Shown here piece after piece: positions 26,628 through 34,500 of a stretch of 64,000 nt of DNA. Below the pieces are notes generated by a model that saw only the letters and a program-made list of their open reading frames with translations, ran no database searches and was not told where the DNA came from. The stretch's first letter is position 1. Each line of letters starts with the position of its first letter. Origin of the DNA: Verrucomicrobiaceae bacterium (GTDB taxonomy: Bacteria > Verrucomicrobiota > Verrucomicrobiia > Verrucomicrobiales > V1-33). The stretch covers positions 6,530 through 70,529 of the forward strand of contig JAIXVE010000265.1 of the NCBI GenBank assembly GCA_027483175.1. The letters run 5' to 3'. A program made the position numbers and the translations under genes.

Positions 26628-26672
26628 CAGCCTTCGGCTAGGTGGTGGGGAAGGGGCTGGTTTGGAGGTGGG

Positions 26673-27821
26673 CTAGGGAGTTTGGAGGGTGGCGGCGGAG
26701 TCGGCTAGGAAGCGGTCGGTGAAGCCTGAGAGGTAGTCGCAGACGGTGCGGTGGAGGCCGTGGGAGGGGATGCGGGAGGTAGCGCCTGGGCCGAGCTGGT
26801 CTGGGTGGGTGAGGAAGTGGTTGAAGAGCTGTTGGATGAGGGAGCAGCCGTGGGCGTTGAGGGCGGCGACGGTGGGGTGGTGGTAGAGATTGGCGTAGAG
26901 GAAGCGTCGGAGGTCGGCGGCCATGCGGCGGACGTCTGGTGGGGAGGCGGCGATGCGTTCGGGGAGACGGCGGATGTCGTCTGGTGAGGAGGGATTGGCG
27001 GCGGCGATGCGACTGGCGGTGTGGGAGACGAGTTGTTCGACTTGCCAGTCGATGAGGGTGCGGACGGTGTAGCGGACGGCGAGTTCGCCGGAGATGGTAG
27101 GGAACTGTGAGAGGACCCTGTGGGAGGCGAGCTGCCAGATTTCGAGGGAGTCGAGCTGCTGGACGGAGATGAGCCCGTGGTCGAGCCCGTCTTCGATGTC
27201 GTGGCTGGAGTAGGCGATTTCGTCGGCGAGGTTCGCGATCTGGGCTTCGAGGGAAGGCTGGGGGAAGGATTCGGGCGGCGAGGTGGGGGAGCCTGGGCGG
27301 TGGAGGGCGCGGTCGTGTTTGCGGAGCCCTTCGAGGACCTCCCATGAGAGGTTGAGGCCGGGGATGTCAGGGAATTTGGATTCGATGAGGGAGACGATGC
27401 GGAGGCTTTGGGAATTGTGTTCGAAGCCGCCGTGGTCCTTCATGAGGGAGGCGAGCATTTCTTCGCCGGCGTGGCCGACGGGAGGGTGGCCGAGGTCGTG
27501 GGCGAGGGCGATGGTTTCTGCGAGGTCGGCGTTGAGGCGGAGGGCGGTGGCGATGGCGCGGGTGATGGAGGCGACCTCCATGGTGTGGGTGAGGCGGGTG
27601 CGGAGGTGGTCACCGGAGCCGTTGAGGAAGACCTGGGTTTTGGATTCGAGACGTCGGAAGGCGCGGGAGTGGATGATGCGGGCGCGGTCTCGCTGGAAGT
27701 GGGTGCGCCAAGGGTGTGGAGGTTCCGGGTGGGCGCGGCCGACCGAAGTGCTGCTGAGCTGGGCCCATGGGGCGAGACGGGCGAGTTCTTCGGATTCAGC
27801 CAGCTCGCGGGAGAGGATCAT
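26673..27821 (-). CDS. dgt: dGTP triphosphohydrolase-like HD-domain protein
   Basis: FQRDRARIIHSRAFRRLESKTQVF...HLRTRLTHTMEVASI...AHDLGHPPVGH matches the family. The ATGA overlap links it to the upstream gene. Confidence 0.85.
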   Translation of the reverse strand: MILSRELAESEELARLAPWAQLSSTSVGRAHPEPPHPWRTHFQRDRARIIHSRAFRRLESKTQVFLNGSGDHLRTRLTHTMEVASITRAIATALRLNADLAETIALAHDLGHPPVGHAGEEMLASLMKDHGGFEHNSQSLRIVSLIESKFPDIPGLNLSWEVLEGLRKHDRALHRPGSPTSPPESFPQPSLEAQIANLADEIAYSSHDIEDGLDHGLISVQQLDSLEIWQLASHRVLSQFPTISGELAVRYTVRTLIDWQVEQLVSHTASRIAAANPSSPDDIRRLPERIAASPPDVRRMAADLRRFLYANLYHHPTVAALNAHGCSLIQQLFNHFLTHPDQLGPGATSRIPSHGLHRTVCDYLSGFTDRFLADSAATLQTP

Positions 27822-28321
27822 GGGTCGGGCGGGAGTTCGACGTGGCGGAAGGAATTGTCAGTGGAGTCGTAGATGCCGAAGGAGACCGTGCCGAAGCGGC
27901 CCATGATTTCGCCTGGGTTGGCCCAGATGGTGCGGCCGAGCTGGTGGGCGTAGCGCTGGTGGTCGTGGCCGCTGAAGACGGCGTCGAAGTGTTCCGAGGC
28001 GGCGATGTAGTGGGCGACGTCGGGGTAGTGGTGGAGGGCGATGCGGCGGCTGGCGAGATCGAGTTCCGCGAAGTGACCGTGGAGTTTGACGTTCGGGTGT
28101 TTGGAGGCGACGCCGCAGAGGAGGAAGGCGTCGCCGTCGTTGTTGCCGAAGACCGCGTCGATGGGGCCGGGGAAGCCGGAGGCGAGGGCTGCTAGGGTGA
28201 AGGGTGCGCAGAAGTCGCCGAGGAAGCAGAGGTGTTCAGCGCCTTCCTGCTGGACTGCGATGAGGACGCGCTGGAGGTTGGCGAGCTGGTCGTGGGCGTC
28301 GCTGAGGACGGCGATTTTCAT
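27818..28321 (-). CDS. YfcE/MJ0936-family metallophosphoesterase
   Basis: MKIAVLSDAHD...FLGDF...FGNNDGD...HGH...SGHDH matches the family in a 167 aa product. Confidence 0.8.
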   Translation of the reverse strand: MKIAVLSDAHDQLANLQRVLIAVQQEGAEHLCFLGDFCAPFTLAALASGFPGPIDAVFGNNDGDAFLLCGVASKHPNVKLHGHFAELDLASRRIALHHYPDVAHYIAASEHFDAVFSGHDHQRYAHQLGRTIWANPGEIMGRFGTVSFGIYDSTDNSFRHVELPPDP

Positions 28322-28330
28322 GAGGGGAGG

Positions 28331-29050
28331 TCAGCGGATGGCGGCGTGGATGCGGTGGACATCGCTGTGGTCGTCGAGGGCCTGGAGGAAGGAGGTGACT
28401 TCTTCGCGCTGGGCGTCGGTGAGTTCGGGGTAGTCCTTGGGGCGGTAGCTGAGTTCGGTGGTGGTGATGGACCAGCCGGCGGCTTTGAGGGCCTTGGTGA
28501 CGTTATTGAGTTCAGCGGGCTGGGTGAAGAAGCGGGCGGCGACGGCGTTGGGCGGGAGGTCTTCGAGATCGTCGGCGGAGAGGATTTCGAGGTCATCGGC
28601 ACCGGCTTCGATGGCGGCGCTTTCGGGGTCGGTGCCTTGCGGGGCGTTTGCTTCGACGAGACCGACGTAATCGAACATCCATGCGACGGCGCCCATGGAG
28701 CCTGCGCGGAAGAGGACGCGGATTTCGGGGCCGGTGCGGTTATTGTTTTCGGTGAGGCACTCGACGAGAACGGGGACACGGTGAGGGGTGAAGCCTTCGA
28801 AGATGACGGTTTCGATGGCGTCGGCTTTGCCGTCCTGGCCTGAGCCTTTGGCGATGGCGCGTTCGATGGTGTCGCGGTAGACGCTTTGTTTTTTAGCGGC
28901 TTCGATGGCGGCGGCGAGGCGCGGGTTGAATTCCGGGCTTGGGCCGGCCATGCGTGCGGCGACTTGGATTTCGCGCACGAGTTTGGTGGTCATGCGGCCT
29001 TTTTTGTCCGCGGCGAGTTCGCGCCATTTTTGTTTCCATTGAGCTCCCAT
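28331..29050 (-). CDS. yebC: YebC/PmpR-family transcriptional regulator
   Basis: The internal ATG at 29050 gives MGAQWKQKWRELAADKKGRMTTKLVREIQVAARMAGPSPEFNPRLAAAIEAAKKQSV, with a DUF28 pattern throughout. Confidence 0.85.
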   Translation of the reverse strand: MGAQWKQKWRELAADKKGRMTTKLVREIQVAARMAGPSPEFNPRLAAAIEAAKKQSVYRDTIERAIAKGSGQDGKADAIETVIFEGFTPHRVPVLVECLTENNNRTGPEIRVLFRAGSMGAVAWMFDYVGLVEANAPQGTDPESAAIEAGADDLEILSADDLEDLPPNAVAARFFTQPAELNNVTKALKAAGWSITTTELSYRPKDYPELTDAQREEVTSFLQALDDHSDVHRIHAAIR

Positions 29051-29219
29051 GGGAGGATTTATGGGGAATCCGGCGGGTGCGGCAAGGCGAATCGTTGGGT
29101 GGGTGGGATGGGGGCAAAACGAAGAGCGCGGCGCATGCGATCCCCCTCGCATACGCCGCGCATTTCGCGGGGCCCTGCCGCCAAACGGGGCGGACGGGCG
29201 CGATGTCCGCAAAATCGGG

Positions 29220-30116
29220 TCAGAAGCGCCAGATGAGGTCGAAGGTGAACCTGTCTGCGAAGAGGCCCTTGGGGTTTACGACGGCGGTTTCGTAGCCGAA
29301 GCCGAGGTCGAGGTTGGGGCGGAGTCTGGTGCGGAAGCCGCCGCCGAGGGTGACGGAAGTGTCTGCGGAAGTGCTGCCGAAGTTGATGAGGTCGTAGCCT
29401 TCGCTGTCGAGTGGGAGGGCATTGCCGTTGCTGATGACGGAGGAGCCGTTCATGGAGACGAAGGGGATAAACCACTGGCAGACGTAGTAGTCGGCCATGA
29501 GACTGTAGTGGAAGCTGGAGGATTCGGCATCGCCGTCGATGGGGAGGCGGAAGCCGACATTGGTGGTGAGGTGGAGGTCGCCGAAGCCTTTGGCGGCGGA
29601 GACGAAGAGGTTGAATTCGCCGTCGCCGTTGCCCTGGAAGACCTTTTTCTCGCCGAAGGGGGCTTCGAAGGTGAAGCCTGGGGTGAGGATGAACTGGTTG
29701 GCGCGGTCGTCGATGAGGGCGTATTTGAGGCCGAGGGCGACATCGGCCCAGCCGGAGGCGCCGGGGCCGACGCCTGGGTTGATGTCGACGTAGCCGTCTT
29801 TGGTGGCGATGAGGCCGAGGCGGTCGGTGATGGCCCAGCGGAACTGGAGGGCGTAGAGGTTGACGTTGCCGCCTTTGGTGATGAAGCCGTCGTCGATATT
29901 GTGGCGCATGTAGATCGGCCGGAGTTCCGTGCGGATCGTGGGGTCTTCGAAGAAGATGGGGTTATTGACTGGGGAGATGGTGTGGGAGAGCCAGTCGCCG
30001 GTGGCTGGGGGCGGGGATGGTGGGAGGGCTGGGGTGGTGGTGCCGGCGAGGGCGGCGGAGGTAGCGAGGGCGGCCGTGGCGGCCGCGGCGAGGATGGATG
30101 AGTGCGTTGCAGTCAT
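29220..30116 (-). CDS. Putative outer-membrane beta-barrel protein
   Basis: The ATG at 30116 gives the signal-like MTATHSSILAAAATAALATSAALA. Amphipathic strands alternate and the protein ends in FDLIWRF (aromatic terminal residue). The family assignment is uncertain (MetA/phenol-degradation-like?). Confidence 0.55.
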   Translation of the reverse strand: MTATHSSILAAAATAALATSAALAGTTTPALPPSPPPATGDWLSHTISPVNNPIFFEDPTIRTELRPIYMRHNIDDGFITKGGNVNLYALQFRWAITDRLGLIATKDGYVDINPGVGPGASGWADVALGLKYALIDDRANQFILTPGFTFEAPFGEKKVFQGNGDGEFNLFVSAAKGFGDLHLTTNVGFRLPIDGDAESSSFHYSLMADYYVCQWFIPFVSMNGSSVISNGNALPLDSEGYDLINFGSTSADTSVTLGGGFRTRLRPNLDLGFGYETAVVNPKGLFADRFTFDLIWRF

Positions 30117-30249
30117 GATGGAGATATACCCGGCTGGGTGGGAGGGTTGCGCCGCATGGGTTGGTGAAGACTGCGCAGATATTGGCGTGGCGGGAGGGTG
30201 GTGATGAGGCCACTTGCGGAGGGAGGGAGGCGGTGCGAATCGGGGGGAT

Positions 30250-31344
30250 ATGGCGCGGATTTTGTCAGCGATGTCTGGTGGGGTGGACAGCAGTGTGGCG
30301 ACGGCCATGCTGCTGGAGGCTGGTCATGAGGTGGAGGGGGCGTACATGAAGAACTGGATCAACGAGGAGAACATTCTGGGGGATTGTCCGTGGCAGGAGG
30401 ACATCGAGGATGCGCGGTCGGTGGCGGAGAAGTTAGGAGTTCCATTCCGGGTGGTGAATCTGATGGATGACTACCGGGAGCGGGTGGTGAGTTATCTGCT
30501 GGAGGGGTACCGGAGCGGGGTGACGCCGAATCCTGACGTGATGTGCAATCGGGAGATCAAGTTCGGGGTGTTTCTGGATTATGCCTTGGCGGAGGGATTC
30601 AGTGCGGTGGCGACCGGGCACTATGCGCGGGTGGAGCATGGGGTTGACGGGGTGAGCCGGATGTTCCGGGGGATGGATCCTGGGAAGGACCAGAGTTATT
30701 TTCTGGCATTGATGCGTCAGGAGCAGTTGCGGCGGGCGGAGTTTCCGATCGGGGGGATGCTGAAGGCGGAGGTTAGGGAGCGTGCGGCGGCATTGGGACT
30801 GGCGACGGCGGCGAAGAAGGACAGCCAGGGGATTTGTTTCATTGGGAACGTGCGGATGAGTGATTTTCTGCGGGCATTTGTGCCTGATGAGCCGGGGAAC
30901 ATTGTGGGATTGGACGGGCGGGTGCTGGGGCGGCATGCGGGGGTCCATTTGTACACATTGGGGCAGCGGAAGGGGTTGGGGGTGGCGTCGAATGCGTACA
31001 AGGAGGCCTATGTGGTGGTGGAGAAGCGGGTGGGGACGCGGGAGCTGGTGGTGGCGTTTGATCATCCGGAGACGCCGAGATTGTATGCGCGGCGGTGCAC
31101 GGTGGGGACGTTGTCATGGACTGGGGCGCCGATGAGGTTGCCTGGGCGGTATCAGGTGCAGCCGAGGTATCGGTGTGCGGGGCAGGATGCGGAGGTGGAG
31201 GAGTTGGAGGGCGGGCGGGTGGCGGTGACGTTTGCGGAGGCGCAGCGGGCGTTGGCACCGGGGCAGATCTGTGCGTTTTATGCTGGGGACGAGCTGCTGG
31301 GTGGGGGGATCTTCGAGACGGTGACGCCTGAGGTGGAGGGTTGA
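30250..31344 (+). CDS. mnmA: tRNA-specific 2-thiouridylase
   Basis: The ATG at 30250 gives MARILSAMSGGVDSSVATAMLL (PP-loop SGGVDS). ...NPDVMCNREIKF... and ...KDQSYFL... are present. Confidence 0.93.
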   Translation: MARILSAMSGGVDSSVATAMLLEAGHEVEGAYMKNWINEENILGDCPWQEDIEDARSVAEKLGVPFRVVNLMDDYRERVVSYLLEGYRSGVTPNPDVMCNREIKFGVFLDYALAEGFSAVATGHYARVEHGVDGVSRMFRGMDPGKDQSYFLALMRQEQLRRAEFPIGGMLKAEVRERAAALGLATAAKKDSQGICFIGNVRMSDFLRAFVPDEPGNIVGLDGRVLGRHAGVHLYTLGQRKGLGVASNAYKEAYVVVEKRVGTRELVVAFDHPETPRLYARRCTVGTLSWTGAPMRLPGRYQVQPRYRCAGQDAEVEELEGGRVAVTFAEAQRALAPGQICAFYAGDELLGGGIFETVTPEVEG

Positions 31345-31566
31345 GGGGTGGTGTCGTAGGGGAAACCCCGAATGACGCGGAAACGGTGTCCGATTGGTCG
31401 AATGGCGGCAGGTTTAATCCTGCGGTCATCTTTCTGGTGCGACCGTTGCGTTTCGAGGTCATGGCGGCTGGGAACCTGTTTTCGGGCGGGTACCGGGGCT
31501 GCTGTGATTGACGAGAAGCTCCTGATTTGTGCAGAATTCCCGACCGGTGTTTACCCTGACGCCGAC

Positions 31567-31585
31567 TTTCCCCTGATTCCCCATG
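31567..31585 (+). promoter_or_regulatory. Pyrimidine-rich translation-initiation leader TTTCCCCTGATTCCCC-ATG, shared with 48764-48788
   Basis: The string CCCCTGATTCCCC lies directly before the ATG of both the 3254 aa and the 2247 aa genes. No purine-rich SD is present. Confidence 0.35.
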
Positions 31586-34500
31586 CGTTCCTCCCTGTTG
31601 CTTGCGTTGCTGCTGCCTGCTGTGGCGATTCCTTTGTATGCCGTGCCGACGGCGGTGAATGACACGTTTACGACCCCGGAGGACACGGCGTTGTCTGGCG
31701 GGTCGGTGACGAATCCTCTGCTGGTGACGGATTTCGAGGCTGGGGGCGCCGGGTTCACGTTGCCGGGGACGTGGGATTATCTGGACACCCTGCTGACGAC
31801 GGCGGCTGGGGGTGCGAACACGTATCCGAGGGATGGGTCGAGTCGGGCGTGGAATGCGGTGGGGTTTGACAAGGCGAGTTCGACGGTGACGGGGTGGAAA
31901 TCGGCGGCGCTGCCGATTCAGGGGGGTGGGGTGGATGCGTTTGCGAATGCGCCGAATCTGCTGGGAGGGATCACGGGGAACAGCGGGGTGAACACGGTGA
32001 ACACGTATCTATTCCGGACGAGCTTCACGATGACGGGAGCGGAGGCGGCGCAGACGTGGAATGCGCGGGTCCTGGCGGACGACGGGTGCATCATTTATGT
32101 GAATGGGGTGGAGGCTGGTCGGTACAATTATCCCGGGAATGTGCCGGTGAATCCGGATGCGCTGGTGGGTGGGAATGGCGGGAGTGAGACGGCGTACACG
32201 ACGGTGCCGCTGACGGTGCCGTTTGCGGTCGGGGAGAATGTGATTGCGGTGGAGCTTCACCAGAACACGAATAACAGTTCGGATGCGGGGATTGATCTGA
32301 CGATTGCGTCGGCGAGTGCGGATCCGCTCCGTGGGATGGTGTATGCGGATGACATTGACGGGACGAACCGTCCTAACGTGGTGTCCGGGGTGCTGGATTC
32401 CGGGACGGGGAATCCGGGGTCGTCGGTGAACGTGTCGTTTTCGCGTGGGTTTGGGGGTGGCGGGAACGGGCCGAATATTTCGGGTGGGTGGCGCAGGACG
32501 ATTGAGGTGCCGGCGGCGGCGACCCTGACGATCAAGTGTGATGCGAGGGCGCGAGCGGTGAATGGATTGGAGGACAACGAGTATGCGGAGGCGATTGTGA
32601 TGCTGGACGGCGTGCGGTTGAGTTCCGGCGGGAGGAATTATCTGGTGAGGCAGGTGGGGGCGAATCCGGCGGGATCGGCTGGAGCGAACGGGAATGCGGA
32701 CAGCGGGTGGGGGACGTACACGATTGAGGTGCCGGTGACGGCGGGGTCGCACGTGGTGGCGTTTGGCGGGTTCGGGCCGCGGCCGAGTGGTGAGAATTTC
32801 GATGTGGATGAGGGCGGGATTGTGAATTTCGACAACATTGATGTGTCGGTGAAGGGGACGGGCGGGTCGCTGCTGGACAACGACACGGGCGGGGTGGCTC
32901 CGGTGACGGCGGTGAAGGTGACGGATCCTGCGAACGGGACCCTTGTGCTAGGGACGACGGGGACGTTCACGTACACGCCGAATGCGAACTGGTTCGGGAC
33001 GGATAGTTTCAGTTATCGGGCGGTGGATTCGACTGGGCAGTCGAATCCTGCGACGGTGACGGTGACGGTGACGCCGGTGAATGATGCGCCGGTGGGGGTG
33101 GCGGACAATTATGCGGTGACGCAGGGTGGGGTGCTGACGGTGCCGGTGGCGCAGGGTGTGCTGGTGAATGACAACGATGTGGACAATGCGGCAGCGACGC
33201 TGACGGCGGTGTCGGCGAGTACGCCGAGCAATGGGGCGGTGGTGCTGAATGCGAACGGGTCGTTCAGTTACACGCCGACGGCGCAGTTTTCGGGGGTGGC
33301 GACGTTTACGTACCGGGTGAGTGACGGGGCGCTGCAGTCGGCTCCGGTGACGGTGACGATTGCGGTGACGGACACGCCGGATGCGCCGGTGGCGGCGGGT
33401 GACAGTTACACGGCGGTGAGGAACACGCCATTGGTGGTGAGTGCGTTGGCTGGCGGGACGACGACGGAGGAACTGCTGCCGTACAAGGGACCTGACTGGC
33501 GGTATTTTGATTCGCTAGTGCTGGCGAGCCGGAATCTGGGGACGGCGTGGCGTGCGGAGGATTTTGTGGAGAACGGGGACTGGAAGACGGGAGCTGGGGA
33601 ATTGGGGTATGGGGACGGGGATGAGGCGACGGTGATCAACGACAATCCGGATCCGGCGTTCAATGCGGCGGCGGGGGACAAGTTTGCGACGTATTATTTC
33701 CGGAGGCCGCTGACGGTGGCGAATGCGTTCAACATCACGGGGGTGGAGGTGTCGGTGATTTACGATGATGCGGTGGCGTTTTACATCAACGGCGGGGCGG
33801 GGACGCGGACGAGCAACCTGCCGGATCTGGCGACGATGCCGGAGTTGGCGTGGGATTATTTCCCGACGACGAATGTGAACGACAATTCGACGCAGACGTT
33901 CACGCTGCCGGCTGGGACGTTTCGCGAGGGGGTGAATCTGCTGGCGGCGGAGGCGCACCAGAACGGGGCGAGTTCGAGTGACATCTCTTTTGACATGCGG
34001 GTTCGGGTGACGCGGGCGATTTCGGCCGGGGTGCTGGCGAATGATACGGATCCTGATCCGGGGGAGACGGCGACGCTGGTGGCGGAACTGGTGACTGGGC
34101 CTGCGCGTGGGAACGTGACCTTGAACAGCAATGGGACGTTTACGTACACGCCTGCGGCGGGTTTTACGGGAGCGGATTCGTTCACGTATCGGGCGCGAGA
34201 CACGAGTGGGCGGGTGTCGGCGGTGGCGACGGCGAGCATCACGGTGGTGACGGGGCCGAATGCGGCGCCGCTAGTGACGGCGGACAGTTATACGACTGCG
34301 GAGGACACGGTGCTGACGGTGACGGCTCCGGGCGTGCTGGCGAATGATGTGGATGGCGAGGGTGATGCGTTTACGGCGTCGGTGGTGACGCAACCGACGC
34401 GCGGGACGGTGGTGATGAATGCGAATGGCGGGTTTGTTTACACGCCGGCCGCGGACTTCAACGGGACGGATACGTTCACGTACCGGGCGACGGACACGCA

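Noticed and set aside
26029-26672. Possible CRISPR array, because of repeated units
   Set aside because: There are only two copies of the roughly 115 nt unit. The repeat length is far above the CRISPR range, there is no regular repeat-spacer periodicity, and no cas genes lie in the window.
26084-26676. Three plus-strand ORFs (112, 64 and 114 aa) in the long intergenic region, two of them sharing PFQG...RGVAPVYGRARRWR.L.GRQARTE
   Set aside because: The shared peptide is simply the translation of the duplicated type B DNA repeat. The ORFs are Arg/Gly-rich, have no start context and overlap hairpins, so I treat the region as non-coding repeat DNA or RNA.
31507-31536. Sigma70-like promoter TTGACG-N18-CAGAAT upstream of the 3254 aa gene
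   Set aside because: The spacing and -10 hexamer are only marginal, the promoter consensus for this phylum is not established here, and there are no supporting data. I did not list it as a feature.
31372-31662. 96 aa plus-strand ORF spanning the leader and start of the 3254 aa gene
   Set aside because: The product is Cys/Arg-rich with no motifs. The ORF overlaps the well-supported signal-peptide start at 31583 in another frame.
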